Assembly: GCA_053919585.1 (NCBI GenBank)
Contig: CM132786.1
DNA: 64,000 nt
Direction: 5' to 3' (one strand)
Source: Euprymna scolopes
Lineage: Eukaryota
The position numbers and the translations under genes are program-made. The notes under the pieces were generated by a model. The model did no database searches. It saw only the letters and a list, made by a program, of their open reading frames with translations, and had not been told where the DNA came from. Shown here one piece after another: positions 25,366-37,869 of this stretch; the stretch's first letter is position 1, and each line of letters starts with the position of its first letter.

Positions 25366-26637
25366 TTACAATAAATGAAATAGTTTTAAATTAAAAAAAA
25401 TGTAAATTTATTGATTGTGAAATAGAACTCATCTCAATAATGAATTGCAATTAAATAATATATAAGAATTTGTAGTTGACAATTTCTTACTTATAGTAAG
25501 ATCTAGATTACAGTAATCGAATATCGTGCCCGTTTTATGTGTATAATAATGCGCCAAATAATCCCATGCTCGTACGTACGTTATCTTTCATACTCGTTTA
25601 AAAGAAGATCGTCGATCGGCGTTGACGGTGATCGGTGATATATCTAATTTCACAAAGATAAACGATTTCGACTTTACCAGTTTTAAAATAAATTGTTCCA
25701 AAATCAACTTGAAACCTATCGTCGAAAATGTACTTGTAAATAAATATATGTAAAAATCTGAAATTCGTTTTATTGATTTGAATGTATCTCTGGCGATACT
25801 TTTTTACAAGAAAACATTTCTAATATATTTAATATATTGTTATTAATTACTCTGTTTAGTTTTAAGATAAACCTTGACGAAACCGATGAAGTTTAAGCTA
25901 TACCTTTGAGGTCATATCTAGAACGAAAATTATGTAATGAATATTATCTAAATTAGAGAACGAATCTAGACATATTCCTTAGCAGGAGGTTTATACTTTG
26001 TTTATAATCTTCATAAGGAGATATATAGTTTAAACAAAAGTCTTCTATTCTTAGAATCATTTTTACCCTCCTTCGACCTAGTATTTTTAGTGTACATGAA
26101 AATACAGTGTAACTCAGATATAAAAGACCCGAATAGACGAAAAACGGATATAAGAGATTTTTCTAGTCTCCCAAAAGAGCCTGCGTTAATGTACAACTTA
26201 ACCCGAATATAAGAGATATGATAGGCATGTAAAATTATTTTATATGCGGGTTACACAGTATTTACTATTGCAATTGAATAATATTTAATTTTGATTAGAC
26301 CAGGTAAAATTATTAGAAATAAGGAAATAGGGGGTTAGATTATTTTTGTGTTTTTTTTTAAATAAAAAAAAAACACAACTGTTAATAAAGTGCTTGGAGT
26401 ATGAATGTGCAGGCGCTTTCATTGATAGCGGTAAAGTCTGGGTGCGGCTCATTATAATTATACCTTTTCCTCTCAATCAAAGCAAAGTACATCATCGAGC
26501 GGAACCGCAAAAGGGGCAGCATTGTGTAAAAATAACAACATAGGATGGAAAAGGTAATACAGTGCTAAAGGATAGATAAAAAAAAGGATCACGTGCGTAT
26601 GTTTGTGTGCATATAGATTTGTGTGAATATATAAATA

Positions 26638-27663
26638 TCTATATATAAAAATTCTTATGCCTGTCTGGTTGTTTGTTCACAAGCTGATTAATATATACAA
26701 AACTCTATTACTTTATCATATTATTCATTCGTATATATGCTATGATTAATTCCAAATATAAGATTAATGAGGTGACGTCATTTGCATATTACGTAAAGGA
26801 AAATCGACTTTATTAAATAGCGGTGTATTAGTTATTGTTTATAGTGAGAGAATTATTTTAAGTGTTCTATTTAAGTTTTTTTTTTACTTAAATTTGATTT
26901 ATATTGATAACATATCCAATTTAATTTATTTTACCAACATCGATTTTTTTTTATGAATCGGTATAAGTTTGGGCACGAACGTTGTTCTTTTTGTTTTTGT
27001 TTTCTTGTTCGGTAGATATTAAAACTAAAAACATTCAAGCATTATTTTTGGAATTCATGTAAATAAAATAATTTCCATGATTTCGCAATTTACGTTGCGG
27101 TCCAATGAATTTTTATTTTAAAATAAACAAACAATTCAATTCAACTACGATTCTTTATTTAAAACAAAAACTTTCATTTACGTTTTTGTACCAGTTTTTT
27201 TTTTCTTCACATTTTTTTCTTCTTTTAATAACGCAATAAATCATAACTCATCATTTTTATAACAAACATTCGGTTAACACCAATTTTACTTTGGTATTTT
27301 TGAAACTAAATTATTTACAGTTTGTTTTCGTTGCAACAGACTGTAGACAAATCTTTCTAGACTGGGGTAGCATAAAAGAAATTCGCCTAAAATGGAATAT
27401 AGTCATAAAAAGGTGCTCAATATCCGTAAAATAGCTTCTCTTCGTATCCCTTCTGCCAAAATATCTGGAGTTTGTCACGTACTTCTTTTTGCGGGGGGGG
27501 GTATATTTTCGTGTCTTCATTCGTTCTTTTATTTTTGAAATTTTTGTTGGGGTAACTATGGAGTCAACATATAATAATGAAAAACTGCTCAATATTCTTT
27601 ATATAGCAAGTGTGGCGAAACCGAACTTCATGTCGACCCTGGCAACGCTGAGTATCCATGCTA

Positions 27664-27664
<1 letters not shown>
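26638..27664 (+). mobile_element. Non-autonomous Helitron (distinct body)
   Basis: A|TCTATATATAAAAATTC...GTCTGGTTGTTTGTTC start, decayed hairpin CCCTGGCAACGCTGAG and CTAG|T end. The pairing of the two ends is inferred. Confidence 0.65.
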
Positions 27665-27706
<42 letters not shown>

Positions 27707-27876
27707 GTAATAAGAGAAAACGTCGGAATTAACGAAAATATTGATAACAAACTTTTCCAGGTAAAATTAGAAATATAGAGAAGTATATTTATAAAACAAC
27801 CTTATCCAGATTTAACACGCTTAATATCAGTGATAGAGCCTAGTATAATTAAGGCGGCAAGATATAGAATTATATT

Positions 27877-27960
27877 TATTAGGTTTGTACAGAAATGATG
27901 ACGTTTTTTGACTTAAAGTTGAACGTCAAAAACTGACATTATTTTTGCAGCAACCTAATA
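27877..27960. mobile_element. ~80-bp MADE1-like mariner MITE
   Basis: TA-TTAGGTTTGTACAGAAATGATGACGTTTTTTGAC...GTCAAAAACTGACATTATTTTTGCAGCAACCTAA-TA: two mariner-type TIRs almost abutting, with TA TSD. Confidence 0.8.
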
Positions 27961-28309
27961 CAATATTTTATTCAAAACAAGGAATACGATATAAATGTGA
28001 AAAAATTCCTTATTCTATGGAGTTTCTAAGATATGGTCTTTTCCTCAAAAGGAAAAAAACGTAAGCCAAAGAAATAGATAATGTATTTTTGCTGGTTAGC
28101 GTAATTTTTTCTGTACACTTTCATTTTCTTTCAAAAACTCCTTCCTCTTCCGTTTTAAAAATTTGCGCTCACCAGCAAAATATATTTTATATGTATATTT
28201 CTTTTGCTAACATTTTTTCCTTTAAAGAGAAAAGCCTATCTTTGAAACTCCATAGAATAGGAGTTTTTTTTCACATTTATCTCCTATTCCGGATTTTGAA
28301 TAAATATTG
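27961..28309. mobile_element. TA-flanked MITE with ~85-bp TIRs
   Basis: CAATATTT...ATAAATGTGAAAAAA..CCTTATTCTATGGAGTTTC is inverted at GAAACTCCATAGAATAGG...TTCACATTTAT...AAATATTG, with TA on both sides. Confidence 0.8.
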
Positions 28310-30782
28310 TAAATATAATTCTACAATATCTTTACGTCATTTACTAATATGTATATACACTCGTGTGTGCATATATGTGCGTGTGTTTATGTGGGTTGAT
28401 ATATAATGAAAAAAGTAGACGTACTGTAGTAATAGTATTAGCGTTTCTGTCAAGGTTTGGATTTTACAAAAAGTAGCGGGGGCGAGAAAAAAGGACGGCG
28501 GCGATGGAGTAGGTGTAACGGAGTTAATAAATTCTTGGGAAAGAACAGCGAAGAAAGATCGGTAAAGGAAGTGCGAGCTTAGCAAAGAGCATAAGAAAAT
28601 AAGAGGAACAAGCGTGGAATGTTGGCAGATGGAAACGGAGTAATTCTTTGCGATCTTCTCCTGATGAGCACGCCACACTGCGTATGCCTGTGCGCTAGAT
28701 TGTGACGATATGTCTTGTCTAGTCTTGTTCCCGGCTGAGGGTGGGAACCGTCGCAACAACTCAAATAGGAGAGAGGTAGGAATGTACGTGTGATCGTGTG
28801 CCTGTATCCGTTTACTACCCAAGGGTAGATACAGGTATGCGCTTCAGTGTATGTGTCATTTCAAATATGCCGATAACACAGGCGTTGTTGGGTGTGAATG
28901 GGGAGAAAAATGAAGAAAAAGTTAACGGTGGTTTGATTTGCTATGCTCGCTTGGAACAAAAGTTCCCCAATAGATTTAAAGGTTAAGCAAATCGTGGGAA
29001 CTTTTATGAACTTGTTTCTTTACTGCTTCTAAAGTAACTAACATTTACTGGATTAATAATCATAATTTAAGGTTATTGAAAATGTCGCACTTTCTAAATT
29101 GCATAAATTAATATAAATATGGATGCCTTTTTAAACTAAGATGTTATCGCTCATGAAGCAGCCGAGGGAACTTGAGGACATGATGAAAGGCAATAGCTGA
29201 AACAATGTAGGATTAAATTATTAAAAAGGACTGATCAACAAGAATTTCTTTACATTGGGTTTGAAAATTATTATATTTAGGTAATGTGGGAAGAATCCAC
29301 GCGATATATTACAACAGTAACAGTTCTAGGAAATAAACTATGCTCATGCAATTTCCGTTGAGTCTTAGCCACAGATATAGAGAAAGACGAATTGTTGATA
29401 GACCCTGTAACTAACCGAGTGTGTTGCAAACGTTTTACACGGAGGGGGTGGGCATGTATTGAAACTCAGTCGATCACCTGCCATACACATGATAGATTAT
29501 GGGTAAATTCGCAAGATTTTTAGGCAAGAGTATTAAGGAGTAGAAATGGCCATTACCCACCGAATTGTTTAATCGTTATAAAAATGTTATCTGTCTGTGC
29601 ATGGGTAAGATATTTGGTTAACCTTAATTAGTTAATATTATATTAGTTAATTAGTTCATATTACAATTAATACACACTATCGTTGAGAAAAAAACAATTT
29701 ATGATTCTGGTATATAAAAAGTCTAATCTATAAAGACTGTTGGGACTGGAAATCTCCAGACTTCGATCGCCAATATTCAGTTTCACAAGCTTAACTATTT
29801 CGACCTGTAAATAGATTTTAAAACATTAACAACAAAGAAATAGATTTGTTTCGAGATATTAAATTGAATATAAGTGATAATAAAAACTAAATTAATAGAT
29901 ATGCATAATAGCGTTAAAGATTATTTTAATAGCGTCCAATTTCACTTTATTTACTTATTATATACATTATTATAAGCTTTACACAAACGAGATCGGAAGG
30001 AGCCTATATTTGTATCTCGGTCTTTCCAGAAGACAAGTTATCATGTAAACGCCTTACATCAAGAGCCTTTACACGGTGTCGGGGGAAATTTTCATAAAAT
30101 AAATTAAGTTCCGGTATTTAATGAATCAGTATTGTAAAATGCCGTGAAGCTTGGCAAAATATAGTTGTGGTTCAGATTACCGTACATGGATTTTTAATTT
30201 TTAATCAAATGTTACCATTTTAAGCGGTAAGGAAATAACAAATTGAAATTAGGCATATATCAAGAATAGTCTCGAAAGCCTCTATTTATGGGTAACTCCT
30301 TACCTTCCTTCAGTGTCCGAATATAACATATCTGTTATATTTTGCAGCCATTAGAGAGATGCCTAGATGAATGGGATTTGAAGAGCTAGGTTTAACATTA
30401 ATTACCTATAATTAACATATTATTCTTAAAGCATAATAACGAGTAACAGCAAAGTCAACTAGTACGCAATTGTGTTCACGTAAAAACAGGAAACTCTAAA
30501 CATCCGGCTGAATAGAAAATAAGATAAGAGACGAAATTATTATCGTGCCAAAAGAAGTATTGCCACATGCCAACCGAAGAAAATGTTGTTCATTTTGGGA
30601 GACAACGACGCAGGTGATGCCGCCTGATGCTAAACCGCTCGGGAGAATGTCATCCTGTTCTACGGTGATAACCGAATATCCAAAGCATAACGTTTCCCCA
30701 GTAGAATTTCTTTACTTTTCGCAGACGGATGAGAAGTGTTCATAAAATAAAGAAAAGAAAAAAAGGTTACACACATGCGCAC

Positions 30783-30817
<35 letters not shown>

Positions 30818-30894
30818 ATTTGTGTGTATATTCATGCATCGTATAAATAATATAATTCGTTCAAAAAGTATTATAAAAACATGCTACTATCTTG

Positions 30895-31005
30895 TACTAG
30901 GTTCAGACTCTGGGGTTCTAGTTTCGAATCCTGCTCTGTTCAACCAAGGCTGAGGTATCGTAAACGACTGAATACTATCCGTTGGTGGTCTACATAAATA
31001 AAACA
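30895..31005 (+). mobile_element. Decayed SINE fragment
   Basis: B-box-like GTTTCGAATCC followed by a short body and an A-rich tail. Confidence 0.3.
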
Positions 31006-32084
31006 ATAAGATTGTAGTATGTGTGTCTGTAACAATATTTAGCCGATACCTATTTTTACTACTATTTTCCGTAATATGTGTAACACTGAAATTAATAAGA
31101 AATAGTAATCATAAACCAATGATGAGTCATAAAAAGTAAAATACTGGCTTGGACGGATAACTAACGCGTACATAAATATTTCAGTAAGTTAAAATGCAAA
31201 ATGTGCATTTCGACTTGCGGACATAGTTCTATTAGTTTTGCGCACGCACAAATTAATACATAGCTTTAAGTGGTTTAATCAAACTTTTTTTTTTTTGGTT
31301 TATCCATCGATAGATCAAACTATTAGTACGGTTTGAACTCTAGACCCGACTAATCATTGACACAATTATATTTTAATATCGGTCATCGTGAAAGAAGTGT
31401 TGTATACCAAGAATTAATTTACGACTATGGAGCATTCAATCTTCGTATGGGAAAAAACTACAAGTAATAAAATAGAAACTTCTAACAAATTTATTTGACG
31501 ATACACAGTTCAGAGGGATCTTTGATCTAATTATGTTGGGATAAATATTTTTTATTCATACGGAATTAATTAAAATTGTAAAAGGACAAGAGAAAAGTAT
31601 TCTTCCATATATTTCGAACATTCTGAAGATTTTCTTTAACTTTAAATTATTTGTAATCAGATAGACAATTTAAGATACTATTTAGCCTCCCTTTCTTTTA
31701 ACATGAGATTAAACTAAATGCTATACTGATCCGCTTATAAAAGTAAAGACAGGTGTTAATAAAGGAACGGTTTTTATATGCGTACGTAAATTCCTTTGGT
31801 TCGAAAATTCACTTTTTATAATATTTATCGTGATATTCATGAGAAATATACTTAATTTATTTAAATTTCTAATGAAGAACACAACGTTTTAGGATGGTTG
31901 ATATAAATCTGCTGATAAATATTTGCTCAGAATAAACATACTCGCGCTATAAAAATAGTATTTATTACATATAACTAAGAATACTAACAACTATATCCGA
32001 TACATTGTCGAATATGTTTGCTGTATAGACATCTATATAGACATAATTTGATGGCGATTAAACAATAATAAAAGATCCTGATTT

Positions 32085-32224
32085 GGCTATGACAACAGAA
32101 TATTCTCATTGTTTTATTCTTATTGTATATATCCGACACAGTTAATCAACCAAGAACCACATCACTCCATATAAAGGCATATAAGATATAAACAATGAAG
32201 ATTATATGCCGTTGTCTTAGCGCT
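32085..32224. mobile_element. MITE family M1, copy 2
   Basis: GGCTATGACAACAGAATATTCTC...TTGTCTTAGCG with the shared core TATATATCCGACACAGTT. Confidence 0.75.
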
Positions 32225-32763
32225 AGTCATCATTAACCAAATTATATAAACTACAATCTGTCATATTCTATTTACTTATTTTCAAACTTTAAATGTTTCT
32301 CAATCTCGGACACCTGAGCGAAATTTCCAACTGATATTTTTTGTTACTGCATGGATAAATTGTCCTCAAACTCTAATCTATGAGGTAGGCAGTTTAATTC
32401 ATTTTTAAATTTAAATTCTATGGACTACTGTTTTCATCTGAGATGTCATTATCTGAGCAAAGGTTTCATATGATTTAATCTCAACATCAATTACAACTGA
32501 GCAGAGAGCAAGAAAATAATATGATTTAAGTTACTGTCTTCTTCTTTCAAAAATACAATTATGAATCAACACTTTAGAATTTCGTATGCATTTCAATGTT
32601 CGGCAAGATGCAGCTGAATGTTCGAGGTTATCTCGAGTGAAGCGTAAGAATAACATCCAAGATAAGAACAGTAGTTCGATTAAACAAAATGTCGAAACAT
32701 GTTCTCAATTATCGCCCGAAGTGAGGTTTGGATCTTCCACCTCTAAAAGACAATCACTTACAA

Positions 32764-33255
32764 TTTTCTTTTTACAAATGAGTCGCCACTTATCAATTCC
32801 CGGAAGCCATTTTATAAAGGATGAGTGTACAGTGGCTAAAGGGTCCATGTCGTAGTAATCATTAGTAATGGAAATTTCATAAATCGAATTACGGGATGGC
32901 TCCTCGTGAATTTGTTCATGTTGGACTTGAAGACAGCCCTCTTATAGTTAGTGTGAAAGCAGGAAAACGGAACGGATTCACAGGCGTGCATTTCTAATAG
33001 AAGCGTTGTTCATGGAATCTACGTTTAGGTTTAGGTACCGTTAAAGAGTGAGGGCTATCATTGAAAGTTGTTTCACTTAGACGAGCGTTTTCGTGAAAGT
33101 CAGGAGAGGGGGATCGTAGATTGTAGCTCAGACGAGTCCTTTCCATAAAAACGAAGATAAAGCAGACAGACGCCTCTATGTGGAGAGGCTACAGGGAAGA
33201 TAAAGGAATTCGCCCACTAAGTTACAAAGTGTACTGTGAACCCTGTCTAAGAAGG
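32764..33255 (-). mobile_element. 5'-truncated CR1/L2-group LINE (older copy)
   Basis: Collinear with the 13945 and 18712 copies (GGACTTGAAGAC, CAGGCGTGCA, CATGGAATCTACGTTTAGGTTTAG, GATAAAGCAGA). Confidence 0.85.
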
Positions 33256-34025
33256 ATACATTTTATAATCAGTAGTCATGAGTCATTCCTACGTAATTTA
33301 CTCCCAAAAGATAGTTTAGGCAACTATAAACATACTTTGTCAGAAAGTAAACCTGTTTATTTTGTGTAAATTTCATCGGCATACTATATTTCTATAGTTG
33401 CTCTATATGCAAGAGAAAGAAATACGGATAGAATTACACATGTTTTCATTTTATTGCCTTGGTGTAACATAATTCGTTTTGGATTTTGCGTAATCACATT
33501 TACATTTCTAAGTCATAATTGCAAAGTTTTGACAGAATCATTAGTTAGTCGTTTTTGGACCCGGATATCTTGATTTTGTTCTAAACTCCGTTGATCTTGA
33601 GTTCACGGATTATAATTGATTTGCGATTAACATTTAAGCCGGCTTGTTTCTGACTTGAATACTGAACAGTGCCGTTTCTTTAAATATGGCTAACTCGTGG
33701 AAGATTGTAATATTTATATGCTAATGCGATGTCCTAGTTAAATCAATGGTATTAATAAATTTACCATCATGTTGGTCACGAATATGAAACTCCAGCTTAC
33801 AAAACAAGTTAAAGCAATTTGCATTATTTGGATTATTCGGTCTACTGTACTCTTCACAGCGTTTCGATGGCTTAAACTTCGGGTGCCTACGGTTAAATAA
33901 TGTAATTTGTTGTGATATTTACAAATCACGCTTTGTTTCTATACAAAGCCACCTTATACTATGTATCAATATATGGATATATATTTAAGTGATAGAAATA
34001 ATCTCTTATATATATTTATATATAT

Positions 34026-34172
34026 AAACGAATTTCTTAAAGGGGCTGTCATAATTATTTTTTTACTATAATAAATACCTACAGACACTAATGTTTCATC
34101 CTTTCAGGGATCTTCCACTGTGGTAGGTGTCACGATTAACACCAGTCGAAAGATTCGAACTCGGCAACACGA

Positions 34173-34213
<41 letters not shown>

Positions 34214-34238
34214 CATCCCCTTTAAGAAACTCGTTTCT
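34026..34238 (-). mobile_element. tRNA-headed hammerhead element, 5'-truncated copy B with inverted tail duplication
   Basis: Minus strand: GAGTTCGAATC B box...CCTACCACAGTGGAAGA-TCCCTGAAAGGA-T-GAAA-CATTAGTG-TC-TGTAGG...ATGACAGCCCCTTTAAGAAATTCGTTT. The last ~27 bp recur inverted at 34210-34237 beyond a (TA)n. Confidence 0.72.
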
Positions 34239-34380
34239 TATCGTTGAGCACTTTCAGTTGAATTAAGTGGGTCAATTTAGCTCTCATGTATAGACCATCG
34301 TATAACGATTAGATTACTGTCTGACTGACGTAAAGAACATTTAAAATTAAAAAAATGTTTAACTTCAACGTTATTTTACG

Positions 34381-34555
34381 CGGTTAATGGTAACCGAATG
34401 GTTACGATCTTTGCTAATCGAGCCAGAGATGCCTCGTGTTGCAGAGTTCGAATCGTTCGACTGGTATTAATCGTGACACCCTGCACTAGGATTCCCGAAA
34501 GGTTGAAACACTAGTGTCTGCAGGTATTTAATTATTATAGTAAAAAAATGATTAT
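34381..34555 (+). mobile_element. tRNA-Ser(GCU)-like headed hammerhead element, copy C
   Basis: A-box-like TAACCGAATGG, anticodon-loop-like TGCTAATC, long variable region and B box GAGTTCGAATC, then CCTGCA-CTAGGA-TTCCCGAAAGGT-T-GAAA-CACTAGTG-TC-TGCAGG with a perfect stem I. Confidence 0.72.
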
Positions 34556-35842
34556 TTAATACCGAATCCGGTCATTTAAATAAGTTTGTCGTTTCTTTCA
34601 TTATATAAACTCGATAAACTTTTCAAACATATAATAAATAAACCATTTGAATTGTGTATAAGATTTCGTACGGGATCACCATTTCGTTTCGTCAGCCATG
34701 ATCAATAAGAAGTTTTATATAATGCATTATTGTACTTTTAGCATCTCTCGCTTTCTGGATTGAACCGTCAATCTCCAAAAGATCGTGACTGCCTACTGAT
34801 TATAAATGTGCCCATTTATATTTTCTATGCTATATGTCCTAGTAAATTAAACGCCTTTGATCTTTGAAGATATCATAGTATTAATGGGTGTTACATGGGA
34901 TAAACCGCATGCAAACGAAGGTGCATGTCTATTATATCATACAAAATAGCAGGAAATGATGTAAATCCCACAATTATATAATTCATTTATTTATATTTCG
35001 GTCAGACATTCTCTGACGTCACGTGTTATGTTTTGTACAAGGTTATTCAAATTGAAACATTCTTACCTAATTAATTTGGTTAATATAAGCTTCGAATATT
35101 TCTGTCTATGAGAGTCTACCGTTAATAGTAGTAGCTCATAACATATTTCCAATCAATGTACTTTCGTACGCATAAAGACTTCGCAATAATATCAGGTTTG
35201 GATAGAATAGATAGCGAATTTTAATGCGCGATCATAAGAAAGTAAACATTAAAGATAGCCAAAGATTGTATTTATCGATAGCCCATTTACTTACAAACCA
35301 TTTTATTCTGAGAAGGAAAAATTTAAATCATAACAATAACATAAAGCAGATACAATGTGTTTTTTTTTTATTTGAAAGAAAATATTTAGCTGACAGTATT
35401 TTAAGATATAATAATGTAAAGATTGTTTTTAATTTTTTCAGTTTTCAGTAAAGACAGGTTGATTTTTTTGTAACACTGGAGTTGTAAATATTTTTACAGG
35501 AAATGAAATATTTTAATGCGCCCAGGTGTATTCTATCGAATCGTTTACATTCCACTATATTATTCAGCGATTAGACGCATAATCCTAACTTAAATGATAA
35601 AGTTAGTTACGGTTAACGTTAGTTGTAAGTTAACATATTGGAAGAATAGCGACAAACTGTGCTTGATCTCTTTAACGTCTTTACGTTAAGGTATCATTGG
35701 AAACAGGATATCAGGAAATTATTGAGAAAGCAAGAGCGTTGAATTTCCATTGGTGTCAGCTAGTTTTCAATAAATTAGAATATGTATTCTTGAGATGGTA
35801 TATAACTGTAGATGTCTATTCGATACCCAAGCAAGTATAGTG

Positions 35843-35895
35843 TCCCAAATCGAAAATAGTTATGTCAATTCCCAAATCGAAATAGTTATGTTAAT
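35843..35895. repeat. 27-bp tandem duplication
   Basis: TCCCAAATCGAAA(A)TAGTTATGT.AAT x2. Confidence 0.9.
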
Positions 35896-36560
35896 ACCTT
35901 ATATAGAGTTGAAAGATATATATTAGTGGTGTGTATATTTATAAAAGCTTTATTTGCTGCATACATGCATACATGTTTTGCGGTGTCTCATTTTAGAACC
36001 ATTGCCTCATCAAGCCGTGGTGTCAACTCGAGACAAAATACAATGCATATAAAGTTCTTTGTATAAAAATTAGTTTTATTCAATTTAAATTATACTCGAA
36101 AGGAATAACCTTCGGTAGAATGTTGTCAGAAAAGTAATACAAAAAAGTATGGGATGGGGTGATGGGAATTGGTTTGTGCGTGTGTTGCCCGGTTATTAAT
36201 TAGAAACATGTTTCAATTTCTAATGAAAAATCGCTCAAGTTGGTCTGTATATCTATATATCATTAGGAATTCTTAAATCTGATAATAGCGACACTTAATG
36301 TCAAGAGTTTTAGACATCAGTCATTTCTACGTGATCAATAGCAAAAGTTAAACAGAGAAGAATTAATAGTAGCCAATAATGTTTGTGTAAATCAACCTAC
36401 AATGCGCACGCGTTTTTCATTAATCGAGCACTTTGTGATTAAACCAATAGTGTCAGTAAATTTACATCTAGGAAAATAAAACTATACGTGTATCTTATTT
36501 AGTGGTAACAAAAAGATGCTTATATCATGGGAAATTCAATTTTGACTCTCTCTCTCTCTC

Positions 36561-37286
36561 TCACATATATAAAGCTTAACGTCTGTCTGTGTGTGTAGGT
36601 CTGTCACGAATAGGCTCCTATATGGTAGACTAATATAGAAAAATGATCACATATAATGATAGATGTATCGAGACACAGGAGTGCGTATATTTGACCTGGC
36701 ATAATGATGATTCATTAAAATTGTGGGGTCTGCGTACGCGCCTCGTCCACAAAGTATGGACATCAAAATTTAAGAACAAACGTTTACAAGTTTTTTTTTT
36801 TTATATAAATATACATAAGAATACTTTGATAAGTATGTTTTAACTTAAATAGGGATGGTATAATACAATTGTGGGGTCTTCGTTCGCGCCTGGCCTTCAT
36901 AGACTGGAAATAGGCACAAACTTTAATAAAGACTTTTCATATCTATATGCGTAAGTATACTTTGATAATTATGTTTCAGTTTGAAGAAATATGGTATAAT
37001 AAAATTATGGGGTGTTCGTTCGCGCCTGCCCTTCATAGAATGGAAATATGTCACAAAGTTTAACAAGTTTTTTTTAATATAGATCCACAGAATGGTATAA
37101 TAAATGATGGTGTTTATGTATTTTATTTTTACTTTCAACATATTTTGCTTTGGTTTTGATACCCCCAAATTCGAAGCTATCTATTTACAACCCTTCCTTT
37201 TCATAACCTATCATGCTTTCATAAAACAGAGTCCATTTTCTGTAGGCTGTTTTTTTAACCCAGTCAACGACGGGTACTTTTGCTAG
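36561..37286 (+). mobile_element. Non-autonomous Helitron with three internal ~140-bp repeats
   Basis: TCACATATATAAAGC...(GTCT)(GT)n start. AATT.TGGGGT...CGT.CGCGCCT recurs at ~36719, 36867 and 37003. Ends with hairpin CCCAGTCAACGACGGG and CTAG|T. Confidence 0.8.
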
Positions 37287-37295
37287 TATATATAT

Positions 37296-37337
<42 letters not shown>

Positions 37338-37639
37338 ATATATATATGTGTGTATAAAGAGAGTAAAAGATATTAAAATAAATCCAATTCTGAATTGTAT
37401 ACGGGATTACTAAATAGCAGTCCGGTATTCATTTCCATGGTTTAAAAATATAAATTCCCAGAAAACGTGATAATAATGAATTATAAATTATGTAGGCTTT
37501 CTTTTGTCTATGTGCGATGTTTTGTCTAAAATGTTAGAATAAATTACTGGGAAATGGATATAAGCTAAACCAATGAAGTATAGGTAGACTTTGCAGATAC
37601 GCACAGCTCTCTCTCCACGCGCGCGCGCACACACACACG

Positions 37640-37676
<37 letters not shown>

Positions 37677-37809
37677 GTGTTTTTTTTTGTTTTGGTTTTA
37701 GCGATATGTTTTCAATGAATTCAATCATTTACGAAAGTGCATTTTTTACCTAAATGCGAGTTGAGAATAATTTTCCCTTTTAACCAATTTGGAACCCCCA
37801 CATGGGGAG

Positions 37810-37812
<3 letters not shown>

Positions 37813-37864
<52 letters not shown>
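37813..37864. repeat. (TA)n microsatellite (representative of about 20 in the window)
   Basis: Others at ~3799, 4316, 4914, 5897, 6909, 10719, 23603, 27665, 30793, 34176, 37287, 41309, 44036, 46877, 47540, 57161, 58832, 59433 and 60325. Confidence 0.98.

Positions 37865-37869
<5 letters not shown>

Noticed and set aside
28661-28700. Other CTGATGA/CTGAAGA hits (also ~20384, 23097, 46213, 62217) as hammerheads
   Set aside because: No correctly placed GAAA, stem III/UH site or closing stem I
28337-28822. Longest ORF (161 aa) as a gene
   Set aside because: No recognisable domain, non-ATG start, and it runs into microsatellite-like sequence. The open frame is explained by locally higher GC.
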